Shown one piece after another: positions 23,501 through 36,615 of a stretch of DNA of 64,000 nt. The notes under the pieces were generated by a model that ran no database searches, was not told the origin of the DNA, and saw only the letters and a program-made list of their open reading frames with translations. The stretch lies in assembly GCA_010015585.1 (NCBI GenBank), contig ML975167.1; one strand, 5' to 3'. Within the stretch, counting starts at the first letter, position 1; each line of letters opens with the position of its first letter. The position numbers and the translations under genes were made by a program. The DNA is from Eremomyces bilateralis CBS 781.70. Taxonomy: Eukaryota.

Positions 23501-24273
23501 TAACTGCCTTGAACCTAGGCTGTGGTCTCTCTGCACATTCTCGATGCACCCTGCAGGTCTGCCTCGTCTGCCCCCGAGCATTCAAGCCAGACCATGTGAG
23601 AACCGCATTTGTTCGTTGCTTTGCGAGCCTCTTCTATACATATCGACGTTCCTTAGCACCGGCAACGGGAGACGTGAAGCGATCAGGCATGCTGTATAAG
23701 TTCAACATGGAGGGCTACATTCGGAACTTGCCTCATGATATTGCGGACTATATGCAACTGCTCAGGGATACGCAACGTGAGTATCGTGATAACGTTTGAA
23801 TTGCGGGCTTTACTAAGACTTCCCCTTCAGTCTTCAATGAGTTCCTCCACGAGCGAGAAATGACGCCGGCAAATGACCCGTCAATCAAGCTATTTGACCA
23901 GATCATTATGGCTAAGAAGAACCGAGGACGGACGTCTCTGTTCTCTAAATCTTCCACCGACTTCCTCAACGACACATCCGATCATCTGTGGAGGTCTGCA
24001 GCCGCAATGCCTCCCACTTCCCGAGTTCCAGGGGACTATCGCCAGATTGTCAGCCGAAGTAAGTTTGAGACCGTCTCTGTCCAACACCCATGGCAAAGTC
24101 TCGGTATTAATTGTCCTGTAGTCCCTGCGAAACTTGACCCTACTCTAATGAAAGAACCGCGCGTCATTCAGGGGGCTCCTCGCTTTTCCCAATCGCGCAC
24201 CACTACGACTCGACGTAAGCCCATTCCGTCGATGCTCGGACCGGGTCTGCCTCCCCATCCTCCGCCGAAGTGA
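20587..24273 (+). CDS. DENN-domain protein (uDENN/cDENN/dDENN; putative Rab GEF) with Cys/His C1-like segment
   Basis: PLADFFFIAGIE, YEPVLLDRYP, VPMFTFPND, RPRSTWHG, ESRIILLS, LLYPMKW..IFIPVLP and APCPYIVG motifs. Introns at 21221-21310, 23050-23139, 23447-23518, 23777-23830 and 24059-24121. Confidence 0.9.
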
Positions 24274-25401
24274 TGAACCGCTATGTAGGGAGCCTTGTCT
24301 TCAGACGAAGTAAACGATTGCTCGACCACTCTCATCTCGCCTTTTCCGCCGCGCCCATTCTACTTCTGTTACCACTCGATCACGGTTTTCCGGAGGGGGC
24401 ATACGTAGCACCTCGTGCCAAGTTTTCAACGCTTCGCCGTGCAGCAGTTCGTTCGGGTCCAACCAAAAGCGACGGAGTATACGGCGTTAATTGAGATTGT
24501 TTTGTTAGACCATGTGCGGGTTGCTATTGATGGGATCGCTGTAGCTTGGGCAGTGTCTGGGCTCACGAGTTGTTTTATGTTAGGGAATAGGGGGATGTCT
24601 GTCCAAGTCCGCATTGGGGAGTCGATGTGTAGTTTGGATAGGTCCGTGGCAATGTATTAATAGGAACGTCTACTCGGTTGAGGAATGGAAAATGGTTCAG
24701 ATCGAATCCTCCATGCATTTGCCTGCCGGTATGATACACCACCATCTTCACGACTCTTTTTTTTTAGCCGGAATTGCCCATTCTAGGAAAAGATGAAACC
24801 CAAGAAACCCTTTTGATTCTCAATTGTTCCGGATGCAACTCCAAAGACCAAATTACACCACTCAGCGGCGGAGCTACCCCCTGAGTCCGGGCTGTGATCC
24901 GATTAGTGTGGGGACATTTGGGGCTCTTCTCGCCCGAACATGAATTACCCGCAACTGCGTCATCTGAACACTCATCCCCTTGACTCCCTCACATGTCAGC
25001 CCCCACCCAGAACAGCTAATGGGGAGTATTTCATCCAACGCGCTATGTCAAGACAACGACCATTCCACAATACCTCCCGCACCGATTCAGTTTTTACCAC
25101 GACGGCCCCGAGAACAAGGTTACCGTGTCCTGCTCCTCGAAAATGTCACCCCGTTAACCCCCCTACGGCGCCTGGTGCTCCCTCAGAATTTCTCCGGTTG
25201 GTTTGATATGTTATGTGTTGATCTCTCTTGCTAATTGCTAACCCGTGCGAGAACCAGACTCGCGACGCCGACTTTGAAATCTGCGAGCTAGACAACCGAC
25301 CGTTTATTATCACATCGCTAAGAGGCTTCCCAATTACATACAAGACCCTACACATTCCTTGAACCTTTGGGGTTCCTAGAAGACCTCCACAACTGCCAAA
25401 C

Positions 25402-27862
25402 ATGGCGCGCGGACGACCCAGCCGCTTCCTTCGGCCCCTCCTATACTCCGGCGGTGCCATTGCTGGCACTGGGGCCATACTCTACATCGTCTACCGCCCC
25501 CGACATATTCCCGGTTCCGAGAGGGCCACCGTGCCTCCGCCAACATATGGAGAAGGAGGCGTCTTTCGGCCCCCGGCGTTCCCATTGGTGAAGCCCAGGG
25601 AAGAGCAGATTGAGGCTCTAAAGCGGAGTGGTATGGACAACGGACTAAGCTCGGGGGTAATTGGACAAGCGCTTGGGAAGATCTCCGATCCCAATGCTTG
25701 GTTTGCAACAGGAAAGACCATTTCTCCCCCGGCTGGCGAGCAATTGTCAGGTGCAAGGATAGAAGAAGAAGAGCCATATGACCTCCTCATTATTGGCGGA
25801 GGGGCCACAGGTACTGGAATAGCACTGGATGCTGCAACCAGAGGGTTGAAGGTCGCGTTGGTGGAGAGGGATGACTTCAGCAGCGGCACCAGCAGCAAAA
25901 GCACCAAACTAGTACACGGCGGCGTCCGGTACTTGGAAAAGGCTTTCTGGGAAATGGACTACGCGCAGTACGTGAAACTATCCGCCTTTGGGGATCCATC
26001 AAGGTTGCTGAACATGGCACAGGTTCAAGCTTGTCATAGAGGCGCTGAGAGAGCGGCGATATTTCTTAGACACGGCACCACATCTCAGCTCCTGGCTCCC
26101 AATCATGATCCCGATCGATAAGTGGTGGAAGGTCCCATACTTTTGGTCCGGGACAAAGCTATACGACGTCCTTGCGGGCGCGGAAAACATTGAGAGCTCA
26201 TACTTCTTGACGAAGAGCAAGGCACTGGATGCGTTTCCTATGCTTAAACAAGAGGGCTTATGTGGCGCCTTAGTATACTATGGTGAGAGCTTGGGTCATC
26301 AGGTCAAGTTGTGAAGTCTAACTGAGGTAGATGGTGCGCACAATGACTCTCGCATGAATGTCTCCCTAGCAATGACAGCAGCGCTCTATGGCGCAACTGT
26401 CGTGAACCACATGGAGGTAACATCCCTCGAGAAGGATGCCGCTGGTCGAGTGTGCGGAGCGAAAGTCAAGGATCTGGTACCCGGTCGGAATGGTGAGAAG
26501 ACTTCGGAAATCACCATCCGAGCCAAAGGGGTCATCAATGCTACCGGTCCATTCACCGATGCCATCCGTAAGATGGATGATCCCAGCGTACAGGAGATCG
26601 TGGCGCCCAGTTCTGGCGTCCATGTCATCCTCCCCGGCTACTACAGTCCTCAGCACATGGGACTGATCGATCCTTCAACTTCCGATGGTCGCGTGATCTT
26701 CTTCCTGCCATGGCAGGGAAACACCATTGCGGGCACTACCGACACTCCCACCGATATCACACAGAACCCAGTTGCGAATGAAGAGGAAATCGGTTGGATA
26801 TTGAACGAGATTCGCGGTTATTTGGCACCGGAAATCAACGTTCGTCGAGGCGACGTCCTCGCAGCATGGTCGGGGATCCGTCCGCTGGTTCGAGATCCGA
26901 AAGCACAGAAGACCGAGGGGCTGGTCCGCAATCACCTTGTCACCACTTCCGCATCCGGGCTTCTCACCTGCTCGGGCGGTAAGTGGACAACGTATCGCGA
27001 GATGTCCGAAGATACCGTCAACGAGGCCATCAAAGAGTTCAACCTGACCATCCGACCGATCACGCACCCTCCACGGATCAGCGGGACCTGGATCACCGAC
27101 GACGCGGCGAATCTGAACGGCCAGTGCCAGACGCAGAGTATCAAACTTGTCGGCGCACACGGCTACTCCAAGACCCTCTTCATCAACCTCATCCAGCACT
27201 TTGGAATCGACACCGAGGTCGCCAAGCACCTGACCGCGGCGTACGGTGACCGCGCCTGGACCGTCGCCGCATTGTCTGCACCGACTGGCCTACGGTTCCC
27301 CATTCGAGGCCAACGGCTCTCATCCCTGTACCCGTTTGTGGATGGCGAGATCCGGTATGCGGTCAGGCACGAGTACGCTCAGACGGCGGTTGACGTGATC
27401 GCCCGTCGGACACGACTGGCGTTCTTAAACGCGCAGGCTGCGCTAGAAGCATTGCCGATGGTCATCGACTTGATGTCTGAGGAGCTGAGCTGGGACGCGA
27501 ATAGGAAGGACAGGGAATGGAGGGACAGCGTGCAATTCCTCAAAAGCATGGGGTTGCCGAAGGCGAAGTTGAATCTGACGAGGAAAGACGTGGAGAAGGG
27601 GAAGGTTGGGACGTTTCCTGGTACGTATTTCTAGTCTTGATTTTCGATCAGAGGGGAGATGTGCTGACAATGCGTGCGTAGATGAGGAATACAAACTTTA
27701 TGCTCGGCACGGTGAGTGAATACCTTCCCATGCGTCTAACTAGACTTTTTGACTAACATTTCTCTTCCTATAGACAAACCAGCAGAGGTTCTCGAGACTG
27801 ATACGCATTTGGCTGCTGGACATAATCCCGTCATCGGGCAGGCTTCACCTTCAAACAAGTGA
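25402..27862 (+). CDS. GUT2: Mitochondrial FAD-dependent glycerol-3-phosphate dehydrogenase
   Basis: [51 protein letters not shown] and RRTRLAF motifs. Exons 25402-25967, 26023-26282, 26331-27620, 27682-27711 and 27774-27862. Confidence 0.95.
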
Positions 27863-28448
27863 AACTGCGGGACCCGTGGCATCAGTGCTCATACTACGGC
27901 ATTTGGGGGAATCATTGCATCTATAGATTCTTTAGAATAGCGCATGTCCAAGGTCATGGTGAGGTTATGGGAACTCATTGCATCACAGTCCATTATTAGA
28001 CACCTAGACCCAACGATGGCACCTTCGACAGAAAGAAACTACTTGAGAAAATATATGGTATTGAGTTCCAAGTATTGCAGCTAGAACAATCATGTCAGCG
28101 GGTTAAACAATAAGCCAACCACAACAATGGTGTTTTCGGCACAGTCGTAATAAATAGGTAACTGTATATTATAGGAATCAATGAGTTTCATCGCTTTTCC
28201 TACCATTATGCCCATGAATTCATGATATCTTTCGTTAGCTGCCTGTGGTTAATCTCTCGACAGGGATACATCCTGGGCTGCTGTTTAACTTCAATTCAGC
28301 TTCCATATTTTCCTGCGCAACTTTCATTTCCATACAAATCTCCAAACACAATTCTATTTAATTAATCGATGAGGTTGAGAACAGGTTATTGAGCATTGAT
28401 TGAAAGTCTCCAATATCTCCTCCTTCCTCCCCGCAGCCACCGTAAACA

Positions 28449-30367
28449 ATGGACGCAGCGAGGATAAAGTCGGCGACCACGCCGCAGGAGATAATCGAGC
28501 GTGACGAAGCCGGCAATATCAGAACGACGTATATCCTCTCCTCAAATGGAGAAGGTCGAGAACGGCTCGACCTCTTGGTTCGTTCAAATGTTTGACGAGG
28601 GAAAGTTCATCGTGGATGACAATTCTAAATAGCCCCCTCCACGAAGCAAATCGGTCCCCGAGCAACTCCTGGACGTATTCTTGCCGGCGGGATATCCCCA
28701 GAGCGTCACTGAGGATTACATATAGTGTGTAACACGGGTGGAGTATTTGCAGTTTGTCTCTCAGTCAGCCGGACGCTGACGCAGTATGGGGATTGGGTGG
28801 GTTAGTTATCAAATCTACGTACGTGTGCGGTCAGGAGGCGGCAGGCCTTAGGCCTTATTGCTCCCTACTCTATCCGTTAGGAGTCCGGTCTGACACCTAC
28901 GTAGGACTCGCTTCAAGCATTCTCCAGCTCGATTGCGGGCATGTTTGCCTCCCGAGCAGTTCTCGAAGGTGCGTCATCCAGAGCCTTTCTCCGCCTTGTC
29001 TACTGTCCCTGGGGCAGCCCAGAAAAATCGCCCCTACGCTTAGTATCACCAGGGTGCCTATACGACTGCTGGTTGAAATGAGGGGGTGTGGAGGAGCCTA
29101 GAAAGGGCTGACGTCAACAGGCGTCGGTGTGGGTGATGCGCAGGCCTCGCCGACTGCGGCTCTCCTGCTCTCAGTCATCCAGGAGTCGGTAGGACGGATC
29201 GCCACGATCTTATTCGCGCATCGAGTAGGGACGGCGCTGGAGCCTGAATGCAAGATGTTCCGGCTCGCAGCCGACGTCTTCAACGACACGGCGATGGTGC
29301 TGGACTGTTTGTCCCCGGCGTTTCCCAAGACGACGAGGGTTCTGATGCTCAGCATGGCGAGTGTGCTGCGGGCTTTGTGCGGAGTGGCGGCCGGGAGCTC
29401 AAAGGCGAGCTTGAGTGCGCACTTCGCGAAGCAAGGCAACCTGGCGGAACTAAATGCTGTATGTCTTCTAACATCTTTGCTCGCTTGAAGTTGTGACTTG
29501 GAATTCGAGGCTGTCGTAGTTTGAGATGGCACTGACACTCCAGCAGAAAGATTCGAGTCAGGAGACTATCATATCGCTCCTAGGGATGCTCGTACGTTGG
29601 TTCTTTGTGATTAACTTGCTGTTAGGCTAATAGTGCCCCAATAGGCGGGCAGTTTCGTCATCTCTCGAGTGACCTCGCATTCCGCAGTGTGGACATCACT
29701 ACTGATATTGATATCCATCCACCTCTGGACGAACTACATGGCAGTACGATCGGTAATCCTGCGTACCTTGAACCGACAGAGGGCCAACATCGTCCTTTCA
29801 AGCCTAATTGGCTCCAGCAATCTGCCATCCCCGCAGGAAGCCTCGCACCTGGAGCGCATATTCGAGCGGCCAGGCCTCCTACGCTGGGTGGATGGGCGCA
29901 TCCTAGGGCATTGCATGATTGGCGTCGAGCTGAGCTCCATTCTCCGTCAGCTTCCCGGGGCAGCGTCCAGGCCCAGCGGGAAATCACGCATATATCGGTA
30001 CGATCTGGCACCTCAAAAGATTCTCGGCCTATTCGATAAAGAATTTTATGTGCTCTGGTTCGATACAAGGACCCGGACGGCGTATATTGCTTTGAAAGAG
30101 GGGTGTCAACCAAGAGATCAAGTACGCGCATGGTGCCATGCACTACTTGTTGCAAGGAAATACGATCTCAAGGGTCTTGAGGTGCCAGCGGACCAAAAGA
30201 CCGACTACGATGCTGTTCCACCTGCCCTGCAGCTCTTAGCAAAGACCGGTGACGAATTGTCCCGGAATTTCCATGCCTACGAAGACAAGCTGCAGTCGGC
30301 CGGTTGGGATACGACGACGATCCAGTTGGAAACACGACCACGAATTAGGATTTCATTGAGCGAATGA
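28449..30367 (+). CDS. RUS1/DUF647 family (root UVB sensitive / C16orf58-like) membrane protein, multi-exon
   Basis: Spliced product reads VFLPAGYPQSVTEDY, YQIY (13-nt microexon 28806-28818), DSLQAFSSSIAG, GVGVGD, KMFRLAADVFND, LCGVAAGSSKASLSAHFA, NLAELNAKDSSQET and VRSVILRTLNRQRA. Confidence 0.9.
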
Positions 30368-33300
30368 AGGCCACTTCCTGCACGTACGCTGTATAATTAT
30401 GGATTGTACGTTCGTCCAGAAACCTAAATTGAGACCTAGATGAACCAAGCTAGCGGGGGACGACAACATAAGAGCGTCGAAAGCGCCAATAGTCGGTTCA
30501 TGCAGTATGAGAAATCATACATGGCTGGCGCCGAAACTCGCAACGAGCGAGAACCTCGCAGCGCCGAAGTTCAGCCCGTTCAGCACGCGGGCAAAGCCTT
30601 CAACGATAATCAACACACACGATGAGTGTCGGTGATTCACCAACTGTCCCCGTACGCTACGACTTACGAGGGAGCAGAGCACCTGGCTGATGAGACGGGC
30701 AACATGATATCCCGATTAGAACCTCCGATTTCTCCGACAATAGATTCAGTGCATCAATTAATGAGACAATCATCATGCGCCACGAAAGTAGCCAGCGATG
30801 CATGGATATGGGCACCAAAGTTAAATATCTGGTCCCAAAACGCCGCGACGAATCTGCTGGCTGTACTACAATCTAGTCAATTGATCGGGCAGGCATTCGT
30901 CCAGTTCAACCCGCTCCAGCGAGCCGATGAATAAAGTGTAACAACATCCTCACCCAGTCACTCTCATCACTCATGCATCGATAGCCCTCACCCAATATGA
31001 GACCGGACCGAATGGCTGGCCAGTGGGATACCCATGCTGCGTGCGTGATGAACAGATGAAAGCAATTTCAAGCTCATCATGCGATGGAGGGGGCAAGTTT
31101 ATTTTTGGATCCCATGCGCGAGGCCGACCGAGTTGCAAGCCCGATGAAAGCAAACTTTTCATTTGCGACCATGTCCTCAACCCTCACGGATCAGTGACCG
31201 GTGGACGATGACATGCCATCATGTGTCTTAGACATCCTAAGATCTCCATGTTACGAGAGGTTGACAAACCGGTGGGTTCGGCGCCGTGCCCATGACGATA
31301 ACGGCCGAAGTCCGAACACGAGAGCGTCCCCGAGGTGCAGATTCGGAGTGAAAAGGGGCAATCTTCTAGAAGGCTTCTAGAAGGCGGGTTGGTGGCGAAA
31401 CAGCGATCCAATCGCGCCACAATCCGTGCTCCGGTGGAACGTGTTACATCATGGGTGTTACATCATTGGTTTATTTATCATTCCATACCGCTGAGAACTA
31501 CATCAGCAAGCCCTTTCGTGAGCCGTGCGTTGACCGGAAGGAGAAGGTGAGAACTGGGAAGTAGAGAGGGGAGGGGAGACTCGCTGAGACTTGAGAGGTG
31601 GACGGAAAGGCTCCACACCCTGTGGGCTATCGGATGTCGAGACTCCATTCAATCGTTCGTTGAAGTGATGAACAATCACAGAGAGTCTGTCACCTTTCCG
31701 TCTTTCACCCGTTTTCCTAGTGCATAAATCTCTGAGCCAAGGCTCCTCGCTCTCTCCACCACGCCGCCATCCACACCACCAAACCCTGGAAACCATGGAC
31801 TCCTATCCCGGGCTTGTCGGCCAGGCACGCAAATCATCGCATATCCCGATGTGCAAAAGCATATCCTGTCTCGGCGACCCTTGACCGCTTCTAAGTTCTA
31901 ACCTCACGGCTCACGATGTCTCCTTGCAACTTGCAACCCCTTCTGGTCCGTACTCCGTCCAGGCGTCCACTCCCTTGCATTCTGATTTCTGCCGTCTGCG
32001 CGATCATCTTACAGATCGGCATTCAGCAGGGAACAGAGAACTGTGGGGATATCCGAGAAATGAGCAGAGGAGGATTACCCGTTCGGTCAGGTCTGAAGAG
32101 TGCCAGACGCAATTCGGTGCCATCAGCCTGATGCACATTCCGTGCGGTGTGCTGTGTACATTCGTACGCCTTGACTATCAGTGTGAAGATGAGTACTCGA
32201 CTGGACACTGGTAAATGACAGGTCAGCGCAGCCCTGCGATAACTGAGAAGAGGCACAGGAAGATCCAGGCATCCATGGATCGATAATTCAAGGCTGCTAA
32301 GTGCCAACTTGTTGATGAATCGACTACGATGTGTGGACCTCTGAATTCTCAAATGTTCGCTGCCACTTTCAAGCGTGCATTCCGCCTTGTGTTTATGAAA
32401 TTTCCGACGTTCTGGCCCTTCTGGACTCAGCTCTTAACTCACGGCTAAAATTGAAATATTTGGAAACGCGACGTAACCGGATACCATTCTTTTTTTGCAG
32501 ATTCTCAAACGGACACGCCCATCGAAACGCGTCTGTCTCGTCGGACAACTGAACTGACGAGGCTTGCAAACAAGAAAACCCCTCCACGCGGGAGGTCGGA
32601 GAGCCGCTGCTGCAGGCGCCCGAGATGGGGCCCCAAAGAGTCCAGATGCTCACACCATCCTTCCCTGCCGTAGGGCAGTGTGACCTTCCGTTTCACGGCT
32701 CACCTGGCACCGGTGGTGTGCCCGTACATGTATCAGATGGGGACGAGATCAACCTTGATCGTCATCGATATTCAAACGGAATGGATTGACGGTCACACTA
32801 TTTCTACTAGCCATGAGGAGACCCTTTATTTGGCATGCGATATTGACCATCGGATCGAGTAGGACTGTAGGAGCAACCCCCAAAGGGGAGTACAGCCAAG
32901 ATGGCGATTGACGAAGACACTTCTGAGGTTTCAGCCCCTTGAATGATGAATCAAGCATTCAGGCTTTGTCCAACGGTGGCAAAGTACCACGCAAAACCGT
33001 GTCTTCAGCGGGCGGCGGCAAGATCGGATAGCACCAGAATCCAGATGGTGGGCGCCGCACGCCGTTAGCGGTAAGCCGTGGCCGTCACTTGCCGTTGCCC
33101 ACTGGCCATGCCGCGAGGACCGCCAGGAGATCACCTTACGCCGAAGTCAAGACTCAAGAGAGTTCTGATGGACCGAGAATCATCATGCAGAGCGAAGGAA
33201 TCCACATGAGGGTGCTGGCCAGCGGCCACTGTTGAGAGTTGAGTGGGAGCCTAGGATCCACATTCCACTGTCATCGGCCATCACTCAATCGCGCATAAAC

Positions 33301-35484
33301 TTTGCGCGGCGCGTTCTTGCGGCGCTAGCAGCAATTTGTTAGAGACATGGTGACTGTGGAGCCCGAATCTACCAAATGGGAGGAAGGAGAGACGAAGGAG
33401 ATGTCCGTGCCACCGATGCGGCGTAGAAAGTTTAGGCGTTTGACGTTATCCTGAGCTCCACCTGAAGGCGCGTCACGAGACATGCATCTGATTCTGACTG
33501 GATCAGATCATTCATCAGTGGGCGGAATAGCAGTGGATGGGGGTCGGTGCCAAGAGCTGTTATTTATTATGTATAGTATTGGTTAGTCGGTTCCCTCAAT
33601 CACCTCAAGTCCTCAAACAGTCAATCACCTCCGAATTTCGATACTCTTGAAACAATAAACCAGCTCTATACAATTTTCTACTATTACGTCACATAGAACT
33701 CCCATAGCCCTGATGATGAAATAAGGTGCGAACAAAGCTCCCCCATCAAGATGCAGAACAATAGTACCTGAATTCAACAACTTCCAAGTGGGAGATCCCA
33801 TTGGATCGGAGTCACCGTAATTTATTTGCCGTATTTAAAATGAGGCCATCCATCCCTGGTCAGGGACCGGCTTTGTCGAGTTTTGCATTTGGTTTAGCGC
33901 TGGGCGGTGGCCAGGGGCGCACAATGACGGGCGGTAATTGGCCTCCAGGTCTCACGCTAGAACACCGAGGGAATGTTCGCTTTGACGCTTCTGCGGGCTT
34001 CTTGCTCCAGTGGCTCTGTGGCTCTTTCCTTCCCTGCTTCCTTCCTTGTTTCTTCCAGAGTTCCAGCGATTCCACGGCGTGCACAGGCCATGAATTTCTG
34101 GGGCGGCGCACGGGGCAACCGCAATTCAGCGCCTTCTTTTACCTTTTCTTACGAGTTCATTTCTCTCCTCGCGCGTGTCCAAACCAACACTCCAAAGCGT
34201 CCAATTGTGGTCAAATCCCTAAGAGGCAAAATCCGTGTATGTAGCCTTATGTACGCCCACCGACTCCATCACTGCACATAACCTCCGCTTCTCACGCCCT
34301 TCATAATACTAATACTACACGTACCACCACCTGCTTATCCAAGACTTTCTCCTCACTTGACTTCCTCTCTTTAGTCATCGACACCTACATACCACATACT
34401 TACTACCTTCTTTGTCACCCCATCCTCACTCATAAGTCGCTCACCGTGCCCTTCTTGGCTCCGATATCAATCCATCTGGTCCATATCACCCTCCCTCACC
34501 CCCAGGCACCCAGCTGTGTCTTGCTAAAAGGCTTCTGTTGTGCCGCTTGATCTGCTTGTCACATCCGCTGCGCCACCATCCGCACACCCTGCTCCGACCA
34601 GTCGACACACCTTGTCTTAGGCCCCTCAATTCTGTCCCTCCCGCCGCTGCTGGTACCGACCTTCCAGAAACCCCATCGCTCCTCCACTTCACGGTACGGC
34701 TTCGTGCAGAGTGAAGAGAAAAGTCGTCGGCTTATACGTTGACTATCGAAAGCGTACATCAGCCCGTCTTGCCCTTCCGTTGGCTTGTTGGCTGTGTCGA
34801 AACGCGGCTCGGGGAACACGAAGCGTTCCAGCGTCTCACATTGTTGCGACCTGCCCAGCAACCACCTCACCTTTGAGAGAGGAACCTAGACACGTCGCAG
34901 CATCCGCAGACGCTGTGCTGCTGTGCCGGTCGTTCCGTTGACTGATTTCTTAAACCGTGTGCATCTTCAGGACGTACGCACCGCCTATATTAATCGACCC
35001 TTTCCACTGCAATTTGTTGGGAAGGCGATCGATCGGCATTGCCGCTCTACTTCGCCTTGAACCTGCACCGAGAGCCTTTGTGGCACGTTGATGTTGGTTG
35101 CACAGTACCAGATGCCAGGGCAATAAATACCGGCCTCTCAAGAACGCTACTCGACGTTACCCCCTCTTTTCCCTTCGCCCTGTCGAAAGACCCGGCAGTC
35201 CCCTGCCGAAGTCTTTCACGCTGGCGCTCCGCGAGCGCTTTAGACGGCCGCGACGGTTTGCATCTCCTAAAGTGGTTGCTGCCGGTGGCGAGCGTCGTCC
35301 AGCCAAAGATCATCGTGGAGATCCGGCCTTGAGAGCCTCCGTCATCGTCAAGCGTTCACCAGTGCGCGATATCCCTGTGCACATAAGCTCGACGGACTCG
35401 TCTCCCCGCTGTTCCACCTTCCTGGACGACTTCAATTCTCTTCCCGGTGTCTCAGGGCAAACGAAGACACATCCGGATGTCAGA

Positions 35485-36615
35485 ATGACGGATTGTATGT
35501 CTTCATCACGGCCACTGACCGTGGCCATTCCTCGCTCTTTCAATGCCAACGGACCTTTCTGCGCTCGAAGACCGAACCTTTCCGAAATCCTCGCAAACAC
35601 CGCCCCTCCGCCGTGGACACTTAGTGCTTTCATGGCATATCTATCGCAGAATCACTGCTTAGAAACTCTCGAGTTCACCATGGACGCCTCTCGTTACCGA
35701 AAACACTACAGCAAATTAGCCGGACGCTACGCCAATCTCCATGACCCGACTGCGACCGAAGATTGCCAGTACGTTAAAATGTTATGGCAACGTTTGATGG
35801 ATGCGTACATCGCGTCGAACGGTCATCGTGAGGTGAACTTGCCGGGCGAAGTCCGAGATGAGCTGCTGTCCCTTGCCCCACCATCCCGACCCGAAGCTCT
35901 TCCCCCCCATCCCTCCTCCCTCGATCCGGCCGTCGACAAGGTCTACGAACTCATGTCCGAGAGCGTACTCGTTCCGTTTTTGAATTCCGTTTGCCCGCAA
36001 TCGGCGCACCCGGCGATTCAGGAATCCAATGAATACGGAGATTGCAAGGACGGCAGCCTCACCCGAGCCCTCACCCGCAGTTACGACGAACGGGCAATCC
36101 ATCGTCATCCCCACGCACATCGCTCATCCCCCCCCCCTCTAACCAGCAATTCATACCACCCCGTCCCGCAATACAATCGCGTATCCGCCCCATCTTCCTT
36201 CACCCCATTCACCCGTCCTTTCGTCAACATCGGCAACCACACCTCCCGCGGCCTCACCCCGCTCTCCACTTCCACCTCCACCTCATCCGGCACCAACACC
36301 CAGGCCACCTCCGATGTCTCCATGGACGAATCCTCCTCCGTCGACGGCCTCACCTCCAGCGGCAGCCCCGACGAAGAACAGGGCATGATGACCCCTCCCA
36401 CGACCCCGCCATCCTGCCAATGGGGCTCGACCCCACCGCACACCGTCTACGCCGGCGGCGCGGATGTGTCGATGGACAATATCACGTCCGCGGCGTCGGG
36501 ATCCGGGTCGTCGCGAGCCAGCTCGCCGCGCAGTTCCAGAAGTGAGGGGGCGTGGAAGAAAGTGAGTCGAAGTCTGGGGTGGAAACGGCGGCCGAGGGAA
36601 GACGACCTGCAATGA
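35485..36615 (+). CDS. Regulator of G-protein signalling, RgsA/Rgs2-type
   Basis: RGS domain: RRPNLSEILANTAPPPWTLSAFMAYLSQNHCLETLEF...REVNLP...VYELMSESVLVPFL, followed by a Ser/Pro-rich tail. First in-frame ATG is 35485; the frame is open upstream to 35092. Confidence 0.9.
   Translation: MTDCMSSSRPLTVAIPRSFNANGPFCARRPNLSEILANTAPPPWTLSAFMAYLSQNHCLETLEFTMDASRYRKHYSKLAGRYANLHDPTATEDCQYVKMLWQRLMDAYIASNGHREVNLPGEVRDELLSLAPPSRPEALPPHPSSLDPAVDKVYELMSESVLVPFLNSVCPQSAHPAIQESNEYGDCKDGSLTRALTRSYDERAIHRHPHAHRSSPPPLTSNSYHPVPQYNRVSAPSSFTPFTRPFVNIGNHTSRGLTPLSTSTSTSSGTNTQATSDVSMDESSSVDGLTSSGSPDEEQGMMTPPTTPPSCQWGSTPPHTVYAGGADVSMDNITSAASGSGSSRASSPRSSRSEGAWKKVSRSLGWKRRPREDDLQ

Noticed and set aside
27900..28400. 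AT-rich patch as a RIP-degraded transposon
   Set aside because: Short, with no terminal repeats or transposase/RT remnants; compatible with ordinary terminator/promoter DNA.
30440..34244. Scattered 60-147 aa ORFs between the RUS1 and RGS genes
   Set aside because: No coherent exon chain or family similarity could be recognised; a decayed gene cannot be excluded without BLASTx.
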